Positions 8,931 to 16,812 of a DNA stretch of 32,000 nt are shown here, piece after piece. The position numbers and the translations under genes are program-made. This stretch comes from Candidatus Korarchaeum cryptofilum OPF8 (GTDB lineage Archaea; Korarchaeota; Korarchaeia; Korarchaeales; Korarchaeaceae), in contig NC_010482.1 of assembly GCF_000019605.1 (NCBI RefSeq), positions 1,260,001-1,292,000 of the forward strand, in the 5' to 3' direction. How positions within the stretch are numbered: position 1 is the stretch's first letter; every line of letters starts with the position of its first letter. The notes beneath the pieces are model-generated. The model did no database searches and was not told the DNA's origin. It was given only the letters and a program-made list of their open reading frames with translations.

Positions 8931-9800
8931 ATGATAAGGATTAAAGCATTAGAGGATGCGATCCTCGGGGGGATTAAAATAGGAGAGGAAGAGCTAAAGC
9001 TTCTACTGGATCCTTACGTTAGAAAAGCGGACTTAGCGTTAATGGAAGCTTTGAGGAATAATATGGAAAATCCTTTCGCCGATCCATTAATCGAATTCAT
9101 GAAAGGAGGGAAGAGGATAAGGCCCGCAATACTCTTCCTAATCAACGAGGCCTGTGGTGGTGGAGGGAGCCCTGAGCTTGCTGCAGCAGCTGTGGAGTTA
9201 ATACACACAGCCTCCCTGATCCATGATGACATAATAGATGATAGCGATTCCAGGAGGGGGATTCCATCTTTCCACATAAAGCATGGCACGGAGATGGCAA
9301 TATTAATAGCTGATTTCATCCTATCGATCGTCCTAGAAATAGTGAGCAAGTATGAGGATAAGAGAATAGGGAGGCTCCTCTCTGAAGCCACTAAGCTCAT
9401 GTCAATAGGGGAGATGATGGAAGTTATCCTCCTGAGGAGAGGGGACCCAATAAGCGTGGAAGATTATCTTAATGTACTGAAGTACAAAACGGCCTCCCTC
9501 TTCCAGACGGCCTCATCCTTGGGAGCACTCATAGCTGGAAGGGATGATCTATATGAGGAGATGGGCCTCTACGGTCTCTATCTCGGGCTATCCTACCAGA
9601 TAAGGGACGATCTCCTTGACTGGGGTGAGAAGGGGGAGATCACGTATCTTCTGAAGGGAAATGATGTTAGAGAATTTCTCGAGGATTTAGCTCTTCAATA
9701 CTCAATGAAAGCGATGGATAAGCTAAATTTTATTCCAGATTCTCCTCAGAAGAGGATTTTGAGGGAGATCGCAGCTTACTCCATCGAGAGGAAAATATAG
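8931..9800 (+). CDS. idsA: Polyprenyl (geranylgeranyl) diphosphate synthase
   Basis: First Asp-rich motif LIHDDIIDDSDSRRG and second Asp-rich motif IRDDLLD. Confidence 0.9.
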   Translation: MIRIKALEDAILGGIKIGEEELKLLLDPYVRKADLALMEALRNNMENPFADPLIEFMKGGKRIRPAILFLINEACGGGGSPELAAAAVELIHTASLIHDDIIDDSDSRRGIPSFHIKHGTEMAILIADFILSIVLEIVSKYEDKRIGRLLSEATKLMSIGEMMEVILLRRGDPISVEDYLNVLKYKTASLFQTASSLGALIAGRDDLYEEMGLYGLYLGLSYQIRDDLLDWGEKGEITYLLKGNDVREFLEDLALQYSMKAMDKLNFIPDSPQKRILREIAAYSIERKI

Positions 9801-9823
9801 GTTATTTAAAATTAAAAAAATAG

Positions 9824-10534
9824 TCATATGTAAGATAGAAATCCAATTAGCAGGAAGATGTTTGATACGAGCCATGTAACTAAAGAAGCTATCGCAGCCC
9901 TCGTACGCGTCATCCCATATCCTCTGATGTAAGAGAGCAGGAGCACTAGTAGGAACCAAACTGAGATTATCAGCTGTAGGACAGATTCTTGGAGGAATAT
10001 CTCCCAAGGGACATTAGTATTGAAATTCATCTGGGGCCCTATCTCGATGACCCATCTTGTCGTAGGTAAGGAAAGCCCAAGTACTGCTAGCAATATTCCG
10101 TAAACTATAGATGGGAGGCTCCTAAGGCCGGCTAAAGCTATTCCCGATGATAGACTCCCCTTCCCCGCGAGTAATTTAGCTACTAGAAATATCACGATCC
10201 CTGAGATTATTCCAGCTAATAACTCGCCTATGAGAGAATCTATGAAAATGATCAGCGGGTTTCTCAGCATTAAATCCATCACACTCTTCATGAGCTGCAG
10301 GGTCTCAGCTGGGAGCTCCTCAGATGCCCTTATCTCGATGAGGAGCTTGTTCATGATAAGCCAGCTTCCCAATGCTTGGAAGGGAGAGCTTATTATTGTA
10401 GCTAGGAGCCAGTATTTGAGCCTTGGAGATGATATAATTGCTGAGAAGATCCTATTGGACAATATCGCGGGTTGAAGAATGTACTCCTTGAATGAATATT
10501 CCTCAATCGGGGCCTCCTCTATCTCGAACCCCAT
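9824..10534 (-). CDS. Integral membrane protein, possibly Yip1-domain-like
   Basis: 236 aa with an acidic N-terminus followed by about 5 hydrophobic segments. No catalytic motif recognised. TATA-like TTATTATAT on the minus strand at about 10565-10575. Confidence 0.55.
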   Translation of the reverse strand: MGFEIEEAPIEEYSFKEYILQPAILSNRIFSAIISSPRLKYWLLATIISSPFQALGSWLIMNKLLIEIRASEELPAETLQLMKSVMDLMLRNPLIIFIDSLIGELLAGIISGIVIFLVAKLLAGKGSLSSGIALAGLRSLPSIVYGILLAVLGLSLPTTRWVIEIGPQMNFNTNVPWEIFLQESVLQLIISVWFLLVLLLSYIRGYGMTRTRAAIASLVTWLVSNIFLLIGFLSYI

Positions 10535-10640
10535 AGCAGATCCCCCTCATTCTTAGTGGCGCATATAATAATGCTATTCGGTCAGATCGAAAGCGACAAC
10601 TGGAGGGAAAAATTTATTTCTCCACGGTCTATAATTCTGC

Positions 10641-10706
10641 GGGGCGATGATAGGAACGAACATCAACGAAACGAAGGGATGTAGTTCCCAGCTCACACTG
10701 AGCCCC
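10641..10706 (+). ncRNA. Candidate box C/D (kink-turn) small RNA upstream of tRNA(CAU)
   Basis: Reads 5'-GGGGC-GAUGAUAG-(44 nt)-CUGA-GCCCC-3'. The 5-bp terminal stem (10641-10645 with 10702-10706) abuts the D box at 10698-10701. The near-consensus C box (AUGAUAG or GCGAUGA, depending on register) places a 3-nt bulge, G-A and U exactly as in the 6184 candidate. Possible D' ACGA at 10666-10669 and a weak C' AUGUAGU at 10679-10685, 12 nt before D. TATA-like AAAAATTTATTT at 10608-10619, about 27 nt upstream. Confidence 0.45.
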
Positions 10707-10713
10707 CATAATG

Positions 10714-10726
10714 TTTATTAATTTAA
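10714..10726 (+). promoter_or_regulatory. TATA-box-like element for tRNA(CAU)
   Basis: TTTATTAATTTAA is centred about 24 nt upstream of the tRNA 5' end at 10744. Confidence 0.5.
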
Positions 10727-10743
10727 GGGGTGGAGAAGCAAGA

Positions 10744-10847
10744 GCCGGGGTAGCTCAGCCTGGTTTGAGCGCCGGACTCATAAGTGGGCAGGGCCCCGGC
10801 GCCGCTGGGATATCCGGAGGTCCCGGGTTCAAATCCCGGCCCCGGCA
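10744..10847 (+). tRNA. tRNA with CAU anticodon (elongator Met, or Ile2 if C34 is modified) containing a 29-nt intron at 37/38
   Basis: Manual cloverleaf: acceptor GCCGGGG/CCCCGGC, D stem GCUC/GAGC, anticodon stem CCGGA/UCCGG, loop CUCAUAA, T arm CCGGG-UUCAAAU-CCCGG, discriminator A. Intron at 10783-10811. CCA is not encoded. Not initiator-like, since the 5' end is not AGCGGG. Confidence 0.9.
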
Positions 10848-10878
10848 TAAACATTATTACTTGAGCTCTGAGTTATGA

Positions 10879-11691
10879 ATGGTCAAAGATGGGCTACTAA
10901 CTCCGATAGGAGACCCTCCTAATATTATGGCTTACTCCCACCTTCAGATCTCGTTCATCGGCTTCATCTTGAATGTAGGCCCGCCCACCCTCCTGATCTA
11001 TGTGATCTCGCTAGCAGTGATTATGACCCTCTTCAGGAGGGAGATGAAATTCGAAATAGGGAATAAAAATGACAGAAGAAAGCCGAAAATAGAGAAAAAT
11101 TTCCTTATAATCAGCATTTTAGTATTAACTCTTGTACTTTTGCTTTTCCTTCTTCAGGATATCACTGGGATAAGTCCCAGCGCCTCGGCTCTCTATGGTG
11201 CGACCTTACTGATGATAATAGGCGGTAGGAGGATGGCTACCATACTCAGGGAGGTTAACTGGGATCTCCTCATTTTCCTCGGAAGCATCCTGATCTTTTC
11301 CGGAAGCTTGGAAAAAGTCGGTATTCTCCATTTATTAGCTCAGATTATTTCTAAATCAACTCATGGGAACCCACACACCCTAACGACACTCATAGCGTGG
11401 CTCTCATCCCTCGTCTCAGCATTAGTCGATAACATACCTTACGCGGCTGTGATGATACCCGTCATAGATGAACTAGTGAGCTTGACTGGCTACTACGAGC
11501 TTTGGTGGGTTTTCCTGATCTCCGTTGGCTTAGGGGGGATAGCGACGCCGATAGCCTCAGTGCCCTCTCTCCTCACATACTCCGCGTTGAGGGATAAGTT
11601 CGAATTTAAGTTCCTAGATTTTATGAAGATCGGCTTAATCGTATGGGTAATTTTGACTTTATCCCTGAATCTATATTATTTGCTGCTGTAA
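10879..11691 (+). CDS. ArsB/NhaD (citrate-transporter-like) permease, apparently N-terminally truncated
   Basis: 270 aa with about 7 TM segments. It begins with GDPPNIMAY, a motif that in my recollection lies mid-protein in full-length (~400-450 aa) family members. An in-frame TGA sits immediately upstream at 10876-10878, and the tRNA ends only 31 nt upstream. Confidence 0.65.
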   Translation: MVKDGLLTPIGDPPNIMAYSHLQISFIGFILNVGPPTLLIYVISLAVIMTLFRREMKFEIGNKNDRRKPKIEKNFLIISILVLTLVLLLFLLQDITGISPSASALYGATLLMIIGGRRMATILREVNWDLLIFLGSILIFSGSLEKVGILHLLAQIISKSTHGNPHTLTTLIAWLSSLVSALVDNIPYAAVMIPVIDELVSLTGYYELWWVFLISVGLGGIATPIASVPSLLTYSALRDKFEFKFLDFMKIGLIVWVILTLSLNLYYLLL

Positions 11692-12080
11692 GTGATCACA
11701 CTTATTCCTCTTTTCTTCGCCCTCTCCGCTAGGGAGTTGTCGAATGTCACTATGGGAAGCCCCTCCCTCTCAGCTTGCTGTAGGATCAGCTCGTCCTCGA
11801 ACTCCAAGGGATCTTCTAACATCACGGACTCTATCAAGTCCTCGGGCTCGTTATTCGACACTTTGACCCTCCTATTCATCAGTAATGATAGCAGGAGATT
11901 CTTCCTCGACTTTTCGTCCAATCCAGCTCCTCTAGTGAACCAAAATAGTTCTACAAATACTATGAATGGTATTACCCATTCCTCCAATGATGAGAGAATC
12001 CTCCTAGCTTCCTCATGATATTTAGTATCCTTAAAATGGGCAAATATGAGCACATTCGTATCTATTATCGCCCTCCTCAA
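11676..12080 (-). CDS. vapC: PIN-domain ribonuclease toxin (VapC)
   Basis: 134 aa. N-terminal AIIDTNVLI has the conserved Asp, and further acidic residues sit at PIN positions. Has a 4-nt overlap with the upstream small ORF. Confidence 0.85.
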   Translation of the reverse strand: MRRAIIDTNVLIFAHFKDTKYHEEARRILSSLEEWVIPFIVFVELFWFTRGAGLDEKSRKNLLLSLLMNRRVKVSNNEPEDLIESVMLEDPLEFEDELILQQAEREGLPIVTFDNSLAERAKKRGISVITYSSK

Positions 12081-12259
12081 GCGAGAGCCCCCTTCCTTAT
12101 CATATACTCTATATCTTCCAATGAGAGATCCATCCTAAGTTCGGAGGATTCCTCCCACTTAATCGGTGAGAGAATAATCTTCCCCTCCAAGATCTCCAGC
12201 AAATAAACTCCATCCTTTATCTTCCCCTTGATCTTCCCATCCTTTATGAAGACCAGCAT
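12077..12259 (-). CDS. Putative VapB-like antitoxin (family not recognised)
   Basis: 60-aa ORF translationally coupled to vapC by a 4-nt overlap. GGTGAT Shine-Dalgarno-like sequence lies 3 nt upstream of the ATG. Assignment rests on position only. Confidence 0.5.
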   Translation of the reverse strand: MLVFIKDGKIKGKIKDGVYLLEILEGKIILSPIKWEESSELRMDLSLEDIEYMIRKGALA

Positions 12260-12271
12260 AATATCACCTAA

Positions 12272-12345
12272 TGGGGCCGCCGGGATTTGAACCCGGGACC
12301 TCCGGCTCCCGAGGCCGGCATCCTACCTAGCTAGACCACGGCCCC
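12272..12345 (-). tRNA. tRNA-Pro (CGG)
   Basis: Reverse complement folds as GGGGCCG-UG-GUCU-AGCUAGGUA-GGAU-G-CCGGC-CUCGGGA-GCCGG-AGGUC-CCGGG-UUCAAAU-CCCGG-CGGCCCC-A. 74 nt, no intron, CCA not encoded. Confidence 0.92.
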
Positions 12346-12362
12346 TCTGTGTGGAGTATCGA

Positions 12363-12373
12363 CTAAATTAAAG
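12363..12373 (-). promoter_or_regulatory. TATA-box-like element for tRNA-Pro
   Basis: Minus-strand CTTTAATTTAG is centred about 23 nt upstream of the tRNA 5' end at 12345. Confidence 0.5.
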
Positions 12374-12736
12374 TTATGGTTGGGAGTGGCTCACCGACCC
12401 GCATGTGAGACCGCTGATGACCCCCCTCTCAAATATTATTGAAATCGTGACCCCCTCATCTTCAATATCTAAATCTATCTCTTCAGTTTTGGAATAAAGA
12501 GTTTCGTTTAGCTCCATTATTTTAACGATTTTACCGTCTTTCGATAGGGTAAGATAGTATATCTTGCAAGGAGAGCCATTATTCTCGAGTAAAACACGCA
12601 CCTTTCCCTCTCCGCATTCCATAGTAGCGACTAGACCGGATTTGAATTCACTAACCTTCTCATAGCTGATCAATAGTGCTGAGAATGCGAATAAAACTGC
12701 GGCAGTTACCAGCAATATTTTTCCATTTATACTCAC
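12374..12736 (-). CDS. Hypothetical protein with N-terminal membrane anchor or signal
   Basis: 120 aa. One hydrophobic N-terminal segment (ILLVTAAVLFAFSALLI) is followed by a probable beta-rich domain with 3 Cys. Has a 4-nt overlap with the upstream ORF. No family recognised. Confidence 0.55.
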   Translation of the reverse strand: MSINGKILLVTAAVLFAFSALLISYEKVSEFKSGLVATMECGEGKVRVLLENNGSPCKIYYLTLSKDGKIVKIMELNETLYSKTEEIDLDIEDEGVTISIIFERGVISGLTCGSVSHSQP

Positions 12737-13101
12737 TCACCACCCGATTTGACCCTCTCGGAGAACCAACTGGGTTCCTTGGAGAGCTTCACTACCGGGA
12801 AGGTTAGCTTATCTGAGGATAACTCCTGCAAGAACTCGTAATGCTCCCCCGTCTCATCCGCCCTGTAAACTAGGAAACTCCCGTCATCATCCCCCTCGTA
12901 AAGCGTGAAGGAGAAGACATCGAGCTTAGTTATCCCGTAATTGTTTGCGAAAGTCCCTATGACTCTCCCATTGAGGGAATCGCTCCAGAATTCTATCAAC
13001 ACCGAGACGGAATCCGTGGATGCTGCCAATCTCAGTAGATCTAGGATCGATTTCAATCTCAATAACTCCAATTCCCAATCACTCCTTTCCTCTCCCAACA
13101 T
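12733..13101 (-). CDS. Hypothetical acidic soluble protein
   Basis: 122 aa. Same strand and spacing as the TrmB operon. No motif recognised. Confidence 0.55.
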   Translation of the reverse strand: MLGEERSDWELELLRLKSILDLLRLAASTDSVSVLIEFWSDSLNGRVIGTFANNYGITKLDVFSFTLYEGDDDGSFLVYRADETGEHYEFLQELSSDKLTFPVVKLSKEPSWFSERVKSGGE

Positions 13102-13124
13102 ATCACCTCGTTAAGAGGGTGTCA

Positions 13125-13847
13125 TTAGCTTATAACTGGTGACCCGGAGTTATAGAGCCCCCTAAAAAGGTTGAGCAGAGCTGATAGGAGGGGTCCCTCA
13201 GAAGCGTAAACCCCGCTCTTTAGCCCTTCATCGCTGAGTATGCATGCTCTCTCATTTGAGATCATGAATATCCCGTGTTTACCCACTACTCTACAATTAA
13301 CCTTAGGGATGCCTAAGCGAGATTGGATAGACGGTGTCTCTAATACAGCTCTTATATCAATATTGGGTAATTTAGGTATGAGATTAACATTATTTTCACT
13401 AATTACCAAATTTATTCTCTCTTTTGCACTATTAATGATTATTCTTGCCATTTTACTGATGACGTTTTCGCCTCTCACCGGGATTATGGATCTCTCAAAT
13501 ATCCAGAGCCCCTCATCTAAATTCAGGGAGTAGAGTCTGCTTATCACATTCAATCTAGCCCTAGCATTCTCAATAACTCTCTCAGCAAGTAGAGACGCCA
13601 TTTCATTAGGTGAAGGCGCTGAGACTTTAAGGGGCCTTCCGCTGTGCACTTTAACGAAACCTTCCTCGTTGAGGGAGGAGATCACTGAATATACCTTAGT
13701 CCTCGGGAGATCTGTCATCATGCTTAGTTCACTCACCTTAAGGGCTTCTCTCCTTAGGCTGAGACATGCAAGTACTTTAGATTCGTAAGTCGTGAACCCG
13801 AGTTCCCTGAAGACCCTTATGAACTTATCTATATTACCATCACCCAT
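13125..13847 (-). CDS. TrmB-family transcriptional regulator
   Basis: N-terminal winged-helix region FTTYESKVLACLSLRREALKVSELSMMTDLPRTKVYSVISSLNEEGFVKV is typical of archaeal TrmB regulators. 240 aa. Confidence 0.85.
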   Translation of the reverse strand: MGDGNIDKFIRVFRELGFTTYESKVLACLSLRREALKVSELSMMTDLPRTKVYSVISSLNEEGFVKVHSGRPLKVSAPSPNEMASLLAERVIENARARLNVISRLYSLNLDEGLWIFERSIIPVRGENVISKMARIIINSAKERINLVISENNVNLIPKLPNIDIRAVLETPSIQSRLGIPKVNCRVVGKHGIFMISNERACILSDEGLKSGVYASEGPLLSALLNLFRGLYNSGSPVIS

Positions 13848-14148
13848 CCTCCGCTATCTCTGCGAAGATCTTCCCATCGGCGATCTTCCTAACCCTAGCT
13901 CTCACAGTTACTCCTGGATCCGGGGCCCCAACTACTATGACTTGCCTTCCCTCGTAAATCCCCTCGCCCTCTCCCTTCCTATTGATCGATCTCACGAGAA
14001 CTTCTATTAGATCCCCTGGCTTAATTGATGAATGCCCTTCCGTTATTCCATCTATTCTCACCTTGTATAAGTTCTCCCTAGCTTTTCTTCCCCTCATACC
14101 TTTCCATCCTTTCAATATCTCCTCTTCTCTTGGATTTTTTCTTGGCAT
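13840..14148 (-). CDS. TRAM-domain RNA-binding protein with basic N-terminal extension
   Basis: C-terminal PGDLIEVLVRSINRKGEGEGIYEGRQVIVVGAPDPGVTVRARVRKIADGKIFAEI matches the small archaeal TRAM fold pattern. Has an 8-nt overlap with trmB. Confidence 0.8.
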   Translation of the reverse strand: MPRKNPREEEILKGWKGMRGRKARENLYKVRIDGITEGHSSIKPGDLIEVLVRSINRKGEGEGIYEGRQVIVVGAPDPGVTVRARVRKIADGKIFAEIAEDG

Positions 14149-14203
14149 GGCTTTTCCCCATTAAACCTAGCTAATTGGGGGTTCCAGCTTAAAAAGATCC
14201 CGA

Positions 14204-15580
14204 TCAGTCTTCCACCACCACGCCCATCAGATCCATGACATTGGTCAAAGTGGGTCCCGTTATTATCGCATCACCTAACCATGAGAAGAAGCTGTAAGAG
14301 TCATTATTCTTGAGGTACTCCTCGGGCTTCAACCCCTCACTTAAAGCCCTCTCAAGCGTATGACCATCGCATATAGCTCCAGCAGCTTCCGATGTACCAT
14401 CTATACCATCAGTCCCAATAGATGCTATAGCTACTCCATCTAGCCCAGCTACTTGCCTCACCGCACCGAGTACAAGTTCTTGATTCCTCCCGCCTACACC
14501 CTTTCCCGTCACGGTAACAGTGGTCTCCCCACCCATTAGGAGGGCTGCTGGAGGGGATAGAGGTATTCCCTCATTCCTGATTGAGGAAGCTAGTCCAGCG
14601 AGCATCTTCCCTATGTGTCTAGCCTCCCCCTGAACTCTAGATCCCAGGACCAATGTACTATACCCGAGGCTCCTCAGGACGCCCTCAGCCGCCTGAACAG
14701 CTTTAAGGTTGTTCGCGACTATCATATTAGTTACGTTCTCAAATATCGGATCCCCGGGCTTTGGAGTTTCCGGGATCCTTCCTTCCACACCATCCTTTAT
14801 CACCTTTATGATGGATTGGGGCATCCTCTCCACCAATGAATAGTTCCTCAAAACCTCCCAGGCATCTTGGAACGTAGTCTCATCTGGTGCTGTTGGACCC
14901 GATGCTATCGTATCCAAGGGATCCCCTATGACGTCCGATATTATCAGGGATACGACTCTAGCCGGATATGCGGCCTCAGCTAGCCTCCCTCCCTTCACCC
15001 TCGAGACGTGCTTCCTAACTGTGTTTATTTCCCTTATGTCTGCCCCACTTAGGACGAGTAGCCTGTTCATTTCTCTCAAATCTTCCAAGGTTATGCCCTC
15101 CATCGGATATTCCATGAGTGCTGAACCTCCTCCCGAGATCAGCACTATGACTAGATCCTTCTCATCCGCCTTTGAGAGTATTCTCAGCATCTCCCTCGCC
15201 CCGTTGATACTCCCCTCATCCGGGATGGGATGGCCCGCCGGATTCAACCTTATCTTTGATAAATCAACCAGTTTCTCTGTTTTAGCTGGTACATTCACCC
15301 AGCCCTCAGATATCCTCTCTATCTTATCTTCAACAGCTTTCGCCATCATGCCGCTAGCTTTTCCAGCCCCTATAACGAATATCTCCTCGAAATCACTCAG
15401 CTCTATAGACTTATTCATCTGGAATATTGAGTTGTCCGATATCCTGCTAGAGACGGACTTATATGGATCTACGGATGCTATCGCCTTATCGAATGAGAGT
15501 AATATCGATCTTCTAGCATTTTTATCCTTTTGCGTGGGGCCATTCATCGTCAAATCCTCTAAATTCTTTATATAGCTCAA
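14204..15580 (-). CDS. gck: Glycerate 2-kinase (MOFRL family)
   Basis: Has LISGGGSALM, GGETTVTVTGKGVGGRNQE and GTDGIDG motifs (DUF4147 plus MOFRL architecture). 458 aa. Confidence 0.9.
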   Translation of the reverse strand: MSYIKNLEDLTMNGPTQKDKNARRSILLSFDKAIASVDPYKSVSSRISDNSIFQMNKSIELSDFEEIFVIGAGKASGMMAKAVEDKIERISEGWVNVPAKTEKLVDLSKIRLNPAGHPIPDEGSINGAREMLRILSKADEKDLVIVLISGGGSALMEYPMEGITLEDLREMNRLLVLSGADIREINTVRKHVSRVKGGRLAEAAYPARVVSLIISDVIGDPLDTIASGPTAPDETTFQDAWEVLRNYSLVERMPQSIIKVIKDGVEGRIPETPKPGDPIFENVTNMIVANNLKAVQAAEGVLRSLGYSTLVLGSRVQGEARHIGKMLAGLASSIRNEGIPLSPPAALLMGGETTVTVTGKGVGGRNQELVLGAVRQVAGLDGVAIASIGTDGIDGTSEAAGAICDGHTLERALSEGLKPEEYLKNNDSYSFFSWLGDAIITGPTLTNVMDLMGVVVED

Positions 15581-16812
15581 GGTGAATCCACCTCCCTCAT
15601 CCCCAGCTCCTCACCATCCTCGCTGAGTCTGATGAACCCGAATATTATGCTATCAACATCTCCCCCATACCTCGTGAGGATCTCCGCCTTCCCATCCAGG
15701 GGATCGAAGGATTCCATTATCCCCACGCCCGAGCATCTCCCATTCAGCTTGAGACCAACATATAAGTTTTTGTATACGTTGATCGGGGCGCATTTAACTT
15801 CCTTTCTCATAAGATCCTCTAACTTCTTCACCTTCATCCTCTCAACATACCCCTCGCTGAGTATTAAGAGCATATCAGCAGACTCCTCGACCCATATTAC
15901 CCCGCTCCCCATAAGCTCGGATAGGAAGGGAGCATATTCTCTCCTCTCATCTCCCGTGAACAGGAAAGTATTCTCTATTCTGACCTTCCTCAAATCGAAG
16001 GTTCTTCTATTCCCATTTTCGAGATATTTCTTGTATAATGCCTTCCTGCAGAGGGATCTATAACCCTTATCCTTGGGCAGATCTCTGACGGGGGATCTCA
16101 CATTCACGGCTTTCGCGCCTATAGGGACGCTGCGTATCAAGTGCCTGAGCTCCCCCTCAGATCTCTCTATGAATATTATGACATCGGGCTGTAAGAGCTC
16201 TATCTTGAGTTTCTTGAGCGTCCTCGCTGCGGCACCATCGACGAAACCTGTCGTATTTATGAGAATCGTTTTCTCCTTGACATCCCTAAAAGCTTCCCAC
16301 GTGCCCACTAGGAATTGGAGTAAGTGACCTCTCGGGCTCTTATCCCCTATGAAGTACATGAACTCCGGATCCAAGAGCTTCATCTGATAGACCGGATCCC
16401 TCAAGTTAGATGAAGATATCACCCCGGGCGGACCGAGATCCGACTGCCCGATATCGGAATCTATTATAGAAACTCTGGTACCGTTTAGGAGCAACTTATT
16501 GGCGAGGTAGAGGATAGAGGAGCTCTTCCCTGAATCCACCTTCCCAATAAACATAACAGTTTTATCTGGTATCTTCTCTAGAAGATTATGCCACCATTCC
16601 GGAATTGGATCATTTATTTTAATAAAATTCGATCCAATGATATTTAATTTTGCTCCATGGTTGCTCGTTATCAGGAGATCCATGGCTTCCTGAGAGAGGC
16701 TTATCTCTTCGAAAGGCACACCCCAGACCTCAGCATCCCCGGAGATCACTTTAATAGTAGCAGGAGTCCTAGCTATCAATCCCTCATTGCGTTGGAGCTC
16801 GACCTCTTCCAT
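15577..16812 (-). CDS. clp1: Clp1/Grc3-type polynucleotide 5'-hydroxyl kinase
   Basis: P-loop GKVDSGKSS followed by IIDSDIGQSDLGPPG, characteristic of the Clp1 kinase domain. 411 aa. Has a 4-nt overlap with gck. Confidence 0.8.
   Translation of the reverse strand: MEEVELQRNEGLIARTPATIKVISGDAEVWGVPFEEISLSQEAMDLLITSNHGAKLNIIGSNFIKINDPIPEWWHNLLEKIPDKTVMFIGKVDSGKSSSILYLANKLLLNGTRVSIIDSDIGQSDLGPPGVISSSNLRDPVYQMKLLDPEFMYFIGDKSPRGHLLQFLVGTWEAFRDVKEKTILINTTGFVDGAAARTLKKLKIELLQPDVIIFIERSEGELRHLIRSVPIGAKAVNVRSPVRDLPKDKGYRSLCRKALYKKYLENGNRRTFDLRKVRIENTFLFTGDERREYAPFLSELMGSGVIWVEESADMLLILSEGYVERMKVKKLEDLMRKEVKCAPINVYKNLYVGLKLNGRCSGVGIMESFDPLDGKAEILTRYGGDVDSIIFGFIRLSEDGEELGMREVDSP

Noticed and set aside
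14928-15575. Long antisense ORFs inside well-supported genes. Examples are 14928-15575 opposite gck, 8420-8884 opposite the sugar dehydrogenase, 25824-26810 opposite hflX, 15632-16063 opposite clp1 and 9014-9400 opposite idsA.
   Set aside because: Their products are low-complexity Ser/Leu/Pro/Ile-rich mirror translations of purine-rich coding strands. They have no motifs and they fully overlap genes with strong family signatures.
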